Source of the DNA: Anaeromyxobacter sp.
GTDB taxonomy: Bacteria > Myxococcota > Myxococcia > Myxococcales > Anaeromyxobacteraceae
Length of the DNA stretch: 64,000 nucleotides
Reading direction: 5' to 3'
Assembly: GCA_049840735.1 (NCBI GenBank)
Contig: JASGJN010000014.1
Coordinates: 205,946 to 269,945 of the forward strand
A model generated the notes under the pieces. The model was not told where the DNA came from. It did no database searches and worked only from the letters and a program-made list of their open reading frames with translations. Of the stretch, positions 9,046 to 20,264 are shown piece by piece. The stretch's first letter is position 1, and the number at the start of each line of letters is the position of its first letter. The position numbers and the translations under genes were made by a program.

Positions 9046-11800
9046 TCAGTTGTGGGCCAGCCGCTGCGCCTCGGGGGCGCTGGCCTGGAGCAGGTTGGCC
9101 ACCTCGAAGACCAGGTTCATGGTCCCGCGGTAGCCCACCCAGACCTGCTGGTGCGCGCCCAGCCGGTCGAAGACCGGGAGGCCTGTGCGCAGGTGGGCCT
9201 TGATGCCGAGCCGCCCCGCGGCCTGTCGGCCGTTGGAGTTGGCCACCAGCAGGTCGGCGCCGCGCGCCGCCTCCTCCAGGTCCTCCAGGTCGCCGACGAA
9301 GACCCGCTCCGCCGGCAGGCCGTCCAGCCCGCGCGTGCGGGTGGCCGCCACCGCCGCCTGGATCCGGCAGCCCATCCCGGCCAGGAAGCGGGTCAGGCCC
9401 TTCAGGTGATCCGCCTCCAGCGCCAGGGCCACCCGGCGGTCGCCGAACTGGTAGTGGCTGTCCGCCATGGCGTCCATGAGCCGCCCGCGCCAGCGGCGCA
9501 GGTCGGCCGGCACCGGACGTCCGGTCAGGGTCGAGAGGGCCGACACCAGGGCGTCGCACTCGGCCAGGCCGGTGGCAGAGGTGAAGCCCAGGGCCGGCAC
9601 GCCGTGCCGCTCCTCCAGCCGCCGCGCCGCGCGGGCCAGCGAGTCGCCCACGTAGAGGGTCGCCAGCGAGCGCCCCGCGGTCCGGATCCGCTCCACCGGC
9701 GTGCCGCCGGTGGCCAGCGGCGAGACCTCGGCGTCGATGGAGCCGTCCAGGGCCCGCCCCAGATCCGGCACCACCAGCGCCGTGAGGCCGAAGGCCTCGA
9801 CGAGCCGCTGCAGCTCCTCGACGTCACCGGGCGTGAGGTGCGCGCCGGGCAGCAGGTTGACCTGCCCGCTGAGCCGCTCGCCCCCCTCGGCCAGCGACTC
9901 GAGGATGGCGTCCACCGCGGCGGCGTACCCCTCCTGCAGCGAGCCGCAGTAGTCCGGGGTGGAGGCCCACACCACCGGCACGTGGGCCAGTGCCGGGTGC
10001 TCCTCGCGGAAGTGGACGATGGCGCTCCGCACGTCGTCGCCCATGGTCTCGGTGAGGCCCGAGGTCATGACGCCCACCACGCCGGGGTGGAACTTCTCGA
10101 TCACCCGGGTGAGGCCGCGCTTGAGGTTCTCCCAGCCGCCGAAGATGGCGGCGTCCTCGCTCATGGCGGTGGAGTTGAGCGGGATGGACTCCTTGAAGTG
10201 GCGGGAGAGCTGCAGGCGGATGAAGGTGGAGCAACCCTGGGCGCCGTGGAGCAGCCCCAGCAGCCGGTCCACGCCCAGGTAGGCCAGGGTGGCGCCCAGC
10301 GCGGGCGAGTTCTTCTGCGGGTTGACGGTGGCCGGCTTGGACGGCACCGCCACGCGCGAGGCGGCCAGGTCCTCCGCCTGGAGCGCCGCGCCGTGGCCGC
10401 GGGCGGCCTCCAGCGCCGCTGCGGCGGCCTCCGGGGCCTCCTCCCACGGCGCCCTGCGCGAGAGCGCCGGCCAGATGGGGCTGTTGACGGTCAGGTCCAG
10501 CTGGCGCGCGAAGGTGACCATCCCCTCGTAGCCGGCGTAGGGGTGCGAGCGCCCGTGGTTGATGTCCAGGAACGGCGTGCGGGTCTTGAGCGCCAGGAAC
10601 TTGGTCTTGCCGCCGGCCACGATCAGCTCCGGTCGCTTCTCGCGGACGATGCCCAGCAGGCCGGCGGTGGAGGTGTCCTCGATGATTCTCCGCGTCCCGG
10701 TGCATCAGCGCCTTCATCCGGTGGAAGTCCTCGAGGGTGGAGTTCTGGGTGCCGGCCGCCAGCACCTCGACCCCCAGCTCGCGCAGCGCGTTGACCATCG
10801 ACCAGGTCTTCACGCCGCCGGTGAAGAGCACGGCGCGCTTCCCCGCGAGCCGGGCCCGGTGCGGCTCCAGCCGGGCGCGGCAGCGGGGCTCCTCCTCGGC
10901 CAGGAGCGCCTCCACCCGGTCGCGCATCGTCGAGGCGCCGCCGTTCACCTCGTCCAGGACCGCCGCCATGTCGCGCAGCGCCTTGGCGGTGTCGGTCATC
11001 CCGTAGAAGGACTCCTCGAGGAAGGGGATGCCGTACCGCTTGCGCAGCTTCTTCGCGAGGTTGGTGAGGCTCTTGGAGCAGATGATGACGTTCAGCCTGG
11101 CCCGGTGCGCGTGGCGCAGGTCGTCGAAGCGGGCGTCGCCGCTGATGCAGGAGAGGATGCGGATGCCCAGCCGCGCGAAGAGCGGCTCCATGCCCCACAG
11201 GTCGCCGGCGATGTTGTACTCGCCGATCAGGTTGACGTCGTAGGGGGTGCGCGTCTCCGGCTCGGCCGTGCCGATGACGTGCTCGAGCAAGAGCTCGCCC
11301 GCCAGCCGGTTGCCGATGTTCTTGTCGCCCACGAAGCCGGGCGTGTTGACCGGGATGACCGGGATCTCCACCTCGCCGGCCACCGACCGGCACACCGCCT
11401 CCACGTCGTCGCCGGTCATGGCGCTGACGCATGTGGCGTAGACGAAGATGGCCCGCGCCTGGGCGCGGTAGCGCACCGCCAGGTCCAGGATGGCCTGGCG
11501 CAGCTTCTTCTCGCCGCCGAAGACGACGTCGTTCTCCAAGAGCTCGGTGGTGAAGCCGCGCCGGTACAGCTGCGAGCCGCTGGACCGTGCCCCGCGGTTG
11601 TCCCAGCTGTTGCCGGCGCAGGCGATGGGCCCGTGCACCAGGTGGATGGCGTCGGTGATGGGCATCAGCACCACCCGCGCCCCGTCGAAGGCGCAGCTCC
11701 GCTCCGTCCCCTCCCCGGGCTCCGAGCGCTTGCAGAGCTTCGGCGCGCCCTTCTCCTGGGTCTCGCACTCCGGGGCTTCGTAGTAGTCGGGGCGCGCCAT
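9046..11800 (-). CDS. nifEN: Fused NifE-NifN scaffold protein; frameshift near 10687
   Basis: NifE (RSCAFDGA, HGPIAC, GGVKTWS) continues after a 1-nt shift through INHGRSHPYAGYEG into NifN (VNPQKNSPALGA, HGAQGCST) without a stop. Confidence 0.92.
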
Positions 11801-11834
11801 GACGGGGCTCGGGGGCTGCGGGTGGTGCCGCGGG

Positions 11835-13304
11835 CTACCGCATCATCTCGAAGTGACGGTCGTCGGCCTGGTCGTCCACGCGGTCGAGGAACGTGTTGCA
11901 GATCTCGGTGACCATGTGGATGACGCCCTGGTAGCCGACGAGCGGCACGCGGTGCTTGTGGACGCGGTCGAAGATGGGGAAGCCGAAGCGGAAGAGCGGG
12001 ATCTTCGCGTCGCGGGCGGCGAACTTGCCGTGCGTGTCGCCGATGAGCGCGTCGACCGGCTCGGTCACCAGCAGGCTGCGCAGGTGCCACAGGTCGCGGT
12101 TCATGTAGACCTTGCAGCCCTTGCCGTACGGCGAGCCGTCGAGCAGCGCCTGCAGCTCCTTCTCCAGCTTCTTGGACCCCTTGCTGCAGAGGATGTGGGC
12201 CGGCACCGCGCCCATCTCCAGCAGGAACGCCACGTACCCGAGCAGCAGGTCCGGGTCGCCGTACACCGCGAACCGCTTGCCGTGCATGTACTGCTGGGCG
12301 TCGGTCATGGCGTCCACGGCGCGGCCGCGCTCGGCCTTGAGCGCCGCCGGGACGGGCCTGTCGAACAGCTCGGCCAGCTTCATGAGGAAGGCGTCGGTCC
12401 GGGCGATGCCCATGGGCAGCGGCATGGCCGAGTGGGAGCCGGCATAGGCCTCCTTCACCCAGGTCATGGTCTTGGTGGTCGCGTACGGGCCCACCGAGAG
12501 CGTGGCCTTGCCGTTGATGGAGTCGGCCGCCTCGGCCAGCGGCGTGCCGCCGGGGTAGGTCCGGTAGGTGCCGTCGTTGGGCGAGTCGAAGGACTCGGAG
12601 AGGTCGGCCAGGAAGGTGTACGGGATGCCGAACGCCTCCAGGATCCGCTTGTACTCGCGGTAGTTGCCGGTGTTGGTGTCGAAGCCGGCGATGAAGTTGA
12701 GCTTGCCGGTGCAGCGCCCCTCCACCTTCTTCCCCTCGGTGAGGGTCTGGAGGATGGCGGCCAGCATGGAGTCGTAGCCGGTGACGTGGGAGCCGTTGAA
12801 GGAGGGCGTGTTGGCGTAGGCCACTGGCAGGTCGGCCGGCACGAACCCCTTCTGCCGGGCGTTCCTGATGAAGGCGGTCAGGTCGTCGCCGATCACCTCC
12901 GGCATGCAGGAGGTGAAGATGGAGATCAGCTTGGGCTTGTAGAGCGCGACGGCGTTCTCGAGCCCCTCGTGCAGGTTGTTCTGGCCGCCGAAGACCGCGC
13001 CGTCCTCGGTCATGGCCGAGGAGACGGCCGCCGCCGGCTCGCGGAAGTGGCGGTTGAGCGTGGAGCGGTAGTAGGAGGCGCACCCCTGGGCGCCGTGCAC
13101 GAACGGCAGCGACCCCTCGAAGCCGTGGGCAGCCAGCTCGGCCCCCAGCGGCTGGCAGGCGTGGGCCGGGTTCACCACCAGCGCCTGGCGTGCGAAGTTC
13201 TTCTCCCGGTACTCGGGGGTGTCGACCCACCGGGCGACCCGCGCCTCGTCCTCGGGGGTGATCGAGGTGACCGGCTTCACGGCGACCGCAGGCGTCTCGG
13301 ACAT
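11835..13304 (-). CDS. nifK: Nitrogenase MoFe protein beta chain
   Basis: NPAHACQPLGA, HGAQGCASY, TSCMPEVIGDD, GFPIFDR. Confidence 0.97.
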   Translation of the reverse strand: MSETPAVAVKPVTSITPEDEARVARWVDTPEYREKNFARQALVVNPAHACQPLGAELAAHGFEGSLPFVHGAQGCASYYRSTLNRHFREPAAAVSSAMTEDGAVFGGQNNLHEGLENAVALYKPKLISIFTSCMPEVIGDDLTAFIRNARQKGFVPADLPVAYANTPSFNGSHVTGYDSMLAAILQTLTEGKKVEGRCTGKLNFIAGFDTNTGNYREYKRILEAFGIPYTFLADLSESFDSPNDGTYRTYPGGTPLAEAADSINGKATLSVGPYATTKTMTWVKEAYAGSHSAMPLPMGIARTDAFLMKLAELFDRPVPAALKAERGRAVDAMTDAQQYMHGKRFAVYGDPDLLLGYVAFLLEMGAVPAHILCSKGSKKLEKELQALLDGSPYGKGCKVYMNRDLWHLRSLLVTEPVDALIGDTHGKFAARDAKIPLFRFGFPIFDRVHKHRVPLVGYQGVIHMVTEICNTFLDRVDDQADDRHFEMMR

Positions 13305-13390
13305 GGCTCTCTCCTCTCGCCGGGGGCTCATCCGCCCCACGGCGCCAGGTGCTGCGTTTCCGGGTGGTGGGGCCGCGGTGGCCCCGGGAT

Positions 13391-14836
13391 CTAGAACGGG
13401 CTCTTGACCAGCTTCCAGGTCGGGCTGTTCACGGCCATGTCGATGTCGCGGGCGAAGACGCCGAAGCCCTCGTAGCCGTGGTACGGGCCGGAGTAGTCCC
13501 AGCTGTGCATCTGCCGGAACGGCAGGCCCATCTTCTGGAACAGGTACTTCTCCTTGATGCCGGAGCCGACCAGGTCGGGCTTGAGCGTCTCCACGAAGTG
13601 CTCCAGCTCGTGCTCGGAGGCGTCGTCGTAGATGACGGTCGCGTCCGGCATCTCCGGGCTGGTCCGCTCGTAGTCGTCGGCGTGGGCGAACTCGTAGCCG
13701 GAGCCGACCACCTGCATGCCCAGATCCTCGTACGCGCCCACGGTGTGGCGCGGGCGGAGGCCGCCCACGTACAGCATCACCCTCTTGCCCTCGAGCCTCG
13801 GGCGGTACTCGTCGAGGATGGCCTGCATCTTCGGCTCCCAGGCGGCGATCACCCGCTCGACGTTCTGCTTGATCCGGTCGTCGAACTTCGCCGCCAGGGC
13901 CCGGAGGCTCTGCTTGATTCTGGTTGGACCGAAGAAGTTCAGCTCGATCCACGGGATCCCGTACTTCTCCTCCATGACCTTGCACATGTAGTTCATGGAC
14001 CGGTAGCAGTGGATGACGTTGAGCTTCACCTGGTGGGTGGCGGCGATGCGATCCAGCTCGCCGTCGCCGGTCCAGGTGGCCTTCACGTTGAGGCCGCACG
14101 CCTCCAGCAGCGGCTTCACCGACCAGACGTCGCCGCCGATGTTGTAGTCGCCGATCAGGGCGATGTCGTACGGCCCGGCCGGCTCCGTGAACTCGCGGGT
14201 CCCGATGATGTGATCGCGGATGGTGTCGTTGGAGATGTGGTGCCCCAGCGACTGCGAGACGCCGCGGAAGCCCTCGCAGTTGCAGGGGATGACCGGCAGG
14301 TCCAGCTCCTTCGACATGGCCTTGGCGACGGCGTTGATGTCGTCGCCGATGAGACCCACCGGGCACTCGGACAGGACCGAGATGCCCTTGGCCAGCGGGA
14401 AGAGCTCCTTGGCCTCCCGCAGCAGCACGGCCAGCTTCTTGTCCCCGCCGTAGACGATGTCCTTCTCCTGGAAGTCGGAGGTGAACTGCATGCCGAAGCT
14501 CGACACGCCGTTCTTGCCGGACATGAGGTTGCGGCGGGTGCCCCACGAGTACCAGCCGCAGCCGACCGGCCCGTGGGACACGTGCACCATGTCGCGGATC
14601 GGGCCCCACACCACGCCCTTGGCGCCCGCGTAGGCGCAGCCGCGCGCGCTCATCACGCCCGGCACCGTCTTCCGGTTCGACTTCACGCAGGCGCTGCCTG
14701 CGCTGGGGTCGTTGGGCGCCAGGTGCGGCGCCCGCTTCTTCTTCCCCTTCTCCGGGTAGGCCTCGAGGGCCTCGTCGATCATCTGCTGGGTCGACTCGCG
14801 GGTGATCCCATCGACCTTCTTCACGGTGTCGGACAC
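13391..14836 (-). CDS. nifD: Nitrogenase MoFe protein alpha chain
   Basis: [31 protein letters not shown] and FRQMHSWDY (Mo-type FeMoco ligands); GTG start after GGAAGGA. Confidence 0.97.
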   Translation of the reverse strand: MSDTVKKVDGITRESTQQMIDEALEAYPEKGKKKRAPHLAPNDPSAGSACVKSNRKTVPGVMSARGCAYAGAKGVVWGPIRDMVHVSHGPVGCGWYSWGTRRNLMSGKNGVSSFGMQFTSDFQEKDIVYGGDKKLAVLLREAKELFPLAKGISVLSECPVGLIGDDINAVAKAMSKELDLPVIPCNCEGFRGVSQSLGHHISNDTIRDHIIGTREFTEPAGPYDIALIGDYNIGGDVWSVKPLLEACGLNVKATWTGDGELDRIAATHQVKLNVIHCYRSMNYMCKVMEEKYGIPWIELNFFGPTRIKQSLRALAAKFDDRIKQNVERVIAAWEPKMQAILDEYRPRLEGKRVMLYVGGLRPRHTVGAYEDLGMQVVGSGYEFAHADDYERTSPEMPDATVIYDDASEHELEHFVETLKPDLVGSGIKEKYLFQKMGLPFRQMHSWDYSGPYHGYEGFGVFARDIDMAVNSPTWKLVKSPF

Positions 14837-14863
14837 GACGCGCTCCTTCCTGGTCACCCGCGG

Positions 14864-15826
<963 letters not shown>

Positions 15827-15917
15827 TCACGGTGCGTGTACGCGGGGTTCGGCGCTCGCGGGACCCGGGCTCACCGTCCGGGCACCATCCCGACCGTCCC
15901 GAAGCTGCCAGCGCGGC

Positions 15918-15933
15918 TGTACGGAAGCGGACA
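15918..15933. promoter_or_regulatory. NifA upstream activator sequence
   Basis: TGT-ACGGAAGCGG-ACA (TGT-N10-ACA), about 120-140 bp upstream of the nifH sigma54 site. Confidence 0.75.
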
Positions 15934-15966
15934 ATCGGCGCAAGGACGGCGCGGCGGGAGGCCCCT

Positions 15967-16111
15967 CGCCTTCGACTCCGCCGCCTGCGGCGGCTACGCT
16001 CAGGCCGAACGGATCCAGGACCATGCCCATGCCCCACGAGCCCGTTCGGGGTGAGCGTAGGGCCGGGGCCGAGCTGGCCCGGGTCACGCGTCCGGCCCGG
16101 AGTCGAACCAC
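15967..16111. repeat. Repeat family A, inverted pair (copies 4 and 5)
   Basis: 15967-16012 forward copy and 16042-16111 reverse copy. Confidence 0.85.
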
Positions 16112-16123
16112 GCACGGGCGAGG

Positions 16124-16597
16124 TCAGCCGCGTCGAGCCCTGGGTGGCCCGCGCAGGCAGACCAGCTGCGTGCGCGCCCAGGCCAGCCGCGCGTAGAAGC
16201 CCAGCGCGGGCGCGTTGGCCGCGTCGGCCAGCAGCTGGCAGCGGGTGGCGCCGCGCGCCGCGGCCCAGGCCTGCACGGCGGCCAGCAGCCGGCGCCCCAC
16301 GCCCGCGCCGCGCTCCGGCGCGGCCACGATGAGATCCTCGATCCAAGCGGACGGGGCGCCCTCGGCGGTGGAGATCACCAGCTGCGCGGTCACCATCCCC
16401 ACGATCTGCCCGCCCCGCTCGGCCACCAGCACGGTGCGCTGGCGCGGCGCCTGGAGCATGCGGCGCAGGCCTCGGCGCTGGCGCACCGCCTCGGGGCGGA
16501 AGTCGGCCTCGAGCGTGAAGAGCGCGTGGAGCAGCCCCACCAGCGCGTCCAGGTCGCGCTGCCGGGCCCGGCGGATGATCAGCCGGGCGCGGCTCAG
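16124..16597 (-). CDS. GNAT family N-acetyltransferase (start uncertain)
   Basis: [16 protein letters not shown]...[20 protein letters not shown]...NAPALGFY; abuts the nifA stop. Confidence 0.85.
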   Translation of the reverse strand: MSRARLIIRRARQRDLDALVGLLHALFTLEADFRPEAVRQRRGLRRMLQAPRQRTVLVAERGGQIVGMVTAQLVISTAEGAPSAWIEDLIVAAPERGAGVGRRLLAAVQAWAAARGATRCQLLADAANAPALGFYARLAWARTQLVCLRGPPRARRG

Positions 16598-18140
16598 AAC
16601 CGCTCCAGCGGAATGGCGAACTTGGCGATGCGGTAGCGCAGCTGGCGCACCGTCATCCCGAGCAGCCGCGCCGCGCGGGCCTGCACCCAGCCGGCCCGCA
16701 CCAGCGCCTGCACCACCCGCGTTCGCTCGTCGTCGGCCACCCCGGCTGGCCCGTCGGACGCCGGCGCCAGCGCCGTCCCCAGCACCGGCCCGCAGCCCAC
16801 CGGCTCGGGCCCCTGCGCCTCCAGCAGCTGGGCCAGGTCGTGGCAGGTCACCCGCGCGCCCGGGTGCGAGACCACCAGCCGCTCCAGCACGTTGCGCAGC
16901 TGGCGCACGTTGCCCGGCCAGGGGGCGCGGGCCAAGGCCTCGATGGCCCCTGGCTCGAAGACCAGCGCCCTCCCGTGCTCGTCGGCCAGCGCCGACAGGA
17001 AGTGCGAGACCAGCAGCGGGACGTCCTCCGGCCGCTGCCGCAGCGGGGGCAGCACCAGCTCCACCACCTGCAGCCGGTGGTAGAGGTCGAGCCGGAACTG
17101 GCCGGCCCGGACCGCGGCCTCCAGGTCGCGGTTGGTGGCGGCCACCAGCCGCACGTCCACGGTGACGGTGCGGTGCCCGCCCACCCGCTCGAACTGGCGC
17201 TCCTGGATGGCGCGCAGCAGCTTCACCTGGGCCGAGAGCGGCAGCTCCCCGATCTCGTCCAGGAAGAGCGTGCCGCCGTCTGCCGCCTCGAAGCGGCCGG
17301 CCTGGGCCTGGTGCGCGCCGGTGAAGGCCCCGCGCTCGTGGCCGAAGAGCGCGCTCTCCAGCAGCGTCTCGGGCAGGGCCGCGCAGCTCACCGCCACGAA
17401 CGGGCGCTCCGCGCGCGTGGAGGCGTCGTGCAGGGCCCGGGCGATCACCTCCTTGCCCGTCCCGCTCTCCCCGCGCAGCAGCACCGTGGCGCGGCTGGGG
17501 GCCACCTGCGAGACCACGTCCAGCACCGCGCGCCAGGGCGGGCTCACCCCCACCGCGCCCTCGAAGCGGGCCGGCTCGGCGGTGAGCACGGTCTGCACCG
17601 AGGCCCGGCGGTGCGCAGGCCCCTCCGCCTGGTGGAGCCGGATCCGGACCGCCAGCATGCCGGCCACGATGGTCAGGAGCCGCAGGTCGGCGTCGAAGGA
17701 GAAGGTCCCGGCCCCCCAGCGGCGGTCCGCGGTGAGCACGCCCAGCGTGGCCCGCCCCTCGCGGATGGGCACCGCGTAGAGCGCGCGGGGATCGGTGTCG
17801 AGGTGGCGCCAGGTGCCGGTCCGGTTGCGGAAGACCGGCTCGGTCGCCAGGTCGGGCAGGACCATGGGCAGGCCGGCCTGGAAGACGCGCCCGATGACCC
17901 CCTCCCCCGGGCGCAGCCGCCCCTGGATTCCGCTCGGCGTCCGCCATCTCCGGCGCCGCCTCGATGAAGACGTCCCCGGTCACCGTGTCGAACAGCGACA
18001 CGGTCCCGTTCTCCAGGCCGACGTGCGACCGGAGCACCTGCAGCGCGGAGGTGTAGGCCTTGGAGGGATCGGTGGCGAGCGAGAGGAGCCGCCCGATTCT
18101 CGTGCAGGGCCTCCAGCTGGTGGGCTTCGCGGGCGGACAC
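16594..18140 (-). CDS. nifA: nif-specific sigma54 activator (GAF-AAA+-HTH); frameshifts near 17928 and 18097
   Basis: GAF ([12 protein letters not shown]...EPVFRNRTG), [44 protein letters not shown]; nif context. Confidence 0.85.
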
Positions 18141-18152
18141 GCTCCCCGGTCG

Positions 18153-18168
18153 AGCAAGGGCGGTGCCA
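18153..18168 (-). promoter_or_regulatory. sigma54 promoter upstream of nifA
   Basis: Minus strand TGGCACCGCCCTTGCT, a full match to TGGCAC-N5-TTGCW. Confidence 0.8.
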
Positions 18169-18297
18169 CCGCTGACCCGGTCCTTGCAGCGCCCGGTCGG
18201 ACGGACGCCGGCGCCGGGGCAGGCCCGCCGCGGTGACCGGTTTCCGGACAGCGGCGCCGGGTCTGCTGCGCGCCCGGCGAGCAGGAGGACATGGGGA

Positions 18298-19092
18298 ATG
18301 GCGCCCACCTCGTTCAACCGCTGCAACCTGCCGCCGTGGGTGATCGCCTCGCCGGGCTTCGACGAGCACCCGGGGCCGCTGGAGATCCAGGGGGTGCGGC
18401 AGGAGAACCGGGCGCTCTTTGCGGCGCTGGACCGGCTGGAGGACCCGACCGAGCGGGCCCGGCGGTTCGACGACTGGATGTCGGTCCGCTTCCAGCTGCA
18501 CCACTGGCAGGAGCAGGAGAGCCGGAGCGCGCAGCGCAGCCTGCGCAACTCCTACCTGCGCTTCCTGCGCGGCTGGGGCATGGACTCGAGCTCGGTGGAG
18601 GGGGCCGTGCTGAAGGGCTGGGTGGAGAGCCGGATGGGCATCCCGCCCACGTTCCACCACGCGCCGCTGCCGGCCGGCGGCGGCGAGGCGGGCTGGGACC
18701 GCTACCTGGCCGACCGCACCCGCGGCCACGCGTACACCAGCGCGGTGGAGGCGCAGCTGGACCTGGTCTACGAGTTCACCCAGTACGAGCTGGGCCGGCG
18801 GCTGCCTGGCCAGCGCTGGGTGACGCTCTGGCGTGGCCAGGAGGCGCCGGCCCCGGCGGACGTGCTGGAGCGGCCCGGCCCGCGCGAGCTGGTGCTGCGG
18901 GTGAACAACCTGCTCTCCTTCACCGACGACCGCGAGCGGGCCTGGGAGTTCGGGGACTTCGTGCTGGAGGCGCGCCTCTCGCTGGCCCGCGTCTTCTTCG
19001 CCGGCCACCTGCTGCCACGGTCGATCCTGAAGGGCGAGCGCGAGCACCTGGTGATCGGCGGGGCGCTGCGGGTGAGGAGGGTGATGGCGTGA
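18298..19092 (+). CDS. draT: NAD+:dinitrogenase-reductase ADP-ribosyltransferase
   Basis: NRCNLPPWVIAS, SYLRFLRGWGMDS, EGAVLKGWVESRMG, NNLLSFT, GEREHLVIGG. Confidence 0.93.
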   Translation: MAPTSFNRCNLPPWVIASPGFDEHPGPLEIQGVRQENRALFAALDRLEDPTERARRFDDWMSVRFQLHHWQEQESRSAQRSLRNSYLRFLRGWGMDSSSVEGAVLKGWVESRMGIPPTFHHAPLPAGGGEAGWDRYLADRTRGHAYTSAVEAQLDLVYEFTQYELGRRLPGQRWVTLWRGQEAPAPADVLERPGPRELVLRVNNLLSFTDDRERAWEFGDFVLEARLSLARVFFAGHLLPRSILKGEREHLVIGGALRVRRVMA

Positions 19093-19099
19093 GTGGCCT

Positions 19100-19209
19100 G
19101 GGCTTCGGCTCCGCGAGCCCTGCGGGCTCGCTACGCTCAGCCTGAACGGACCGAAGGGCCCGTTCGCCCTGAGCGTAGCCGCGGCAACGCCGCGGCGAAG
19201 TCGAAGGGC
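19100..19209. repeat. Repeat family A, inverted pair (copies 6 and 7)
   Basis: 19100-19149 forward and 19160-19209 reverse, between convergent draT and draG. Confidence 0.85.
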
Positions 19210-19218
19210 AGGCGCCGC

Positions 19219-20148
19219 TCACCGCGCGTGCGGCGAGCGCCAGACCGGCGAGAGCGCCACCAGCGGCTCCACCAGCGCGTCGATCTCCTCCTTCACTGCC
19301 GGGTCGAGCCGGCGCAGCCAGCGTGCCGGCAGCGCCTCCGGGCCGTGGTAGGCGCCCGCCAGCGCCCCGGCCACGGCCCCGGTGGTGTCGGCGTCGCCGC
19401 CCTGGTTGACGGTGGCCACCAGGCAGGCCTCGAAGCCGCCCGCCTGCGTCGCGGTGGCGAAGAACCAGTGGAGCACGGTCTGCAGCGTGTCCACCACGTA
19501 GCCGGTGGCCAGCCCGCGGTAGGGCGCGAAGCGGAAGGTGGGCTGCTCCAGGACCAGCACGTCCGAGGCGCGGCGCAGCTGCCTCAGCGAGCCGCCCAGG
19601 CAGGCCAGGTGGATGAGCTCGCCCAGGTGCAGGCAGGCCGCGTCGGAGAGCGGGTGATGGTGCGTGAGGCGGGCCTGGGCCAGCGCGCCCTGGGCCATCG
19701 CCCCGGTGTCTCCCAGCGTGGCCAGCGCCACCGGCAGCAGGCGCATCAGGGCCCCGTTGCCCGCGTCGCCGGAGCTGGGCGGCGCCTCCAGCGTGCCCTC
19801 GTTCAGGTACCGTCGGATCCCCCGCCGGACGGTGTTGCCGGCGTCCACCGGGCCGCCCTTGAGCCAGGCCGCGAACCGCTCCGCCAGGTCGCGCAGCTCG
19901 AGCCCGCCGCGCGCCACCAGGCTGCGGGCCAGGCAGAGGGCCAGCTCGGTGTCGTCGGTGACCTGCCCACGACGCAGGCGGAGCCAGCCGCCGCCTGCCA
20001 GCTCCCGGTGCACCCCGTACGCCGCGCGGATTTCACCGACGGTCATGAACTCGACCGTGGCCCCCAGCGCGTCCCCCAGCGCCAGGCCCAGGAACGCCGC
20101 CCGGGCGCGGTCCAGGATGTCCGCCTTGCTGTAGCTGCGCGGGGCCAC
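19219..20148 (-). CDS. draG: ADP-ribosyl-[dinitrogenase reductase] glycohydrolase
   Basis: GLALGDALGATVEF, VTDDTE, AGNGALMR, NQGGDADTTGA; next to draT. Confidence 0.92.
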   Translation of the reverse strand: MAPRSYSKADILDRARAAFLGLALGDALGATVEFMTVGEIRAAYGVHRELAGGGWLRLRRGQVTDDTELALCLARSLVARGGLELRDLAERFAAWLKGGPVDAGNTVRRGIRRYLNEGTLEAPPSSGDAGNGALMRLLPVALATLGDTGAMAQGALAQARLTHHHPLSDAACLHLGELIHLACLGGSLRQLRRASDVLVLEQPTFRFAPYRGLATGYVVDTLQTVLHWFFATATQAGGFEACLVATVNQGGDADTTGAVAGALAGAYHGPEALPARWLRRLDPAVKEEIDALVEPLVALSPVWRSPHAR

Positions 20149-20204
20149 AGGCGCCCCTCTTGCGAAGGCTGGGCCAGCGGCGCCCGGGGCAGACCTGGGC
20201 CCCT

Positions 20205-20254
20205 GAAGAAAGGACCGCCCGCCCCCGCGCCCGGAGGCGCAGGGACGGGCGGTC
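20205..20254 (-). terminator. Probable intrinsic terminator after the GH13 gene
   Basis: GACCGCCC...GGGCGGTC stem followed on the minus strand by CTTTCTTC. Confidence 0.55.
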
Positions 20255-20264
20255 GCCCCCACCA

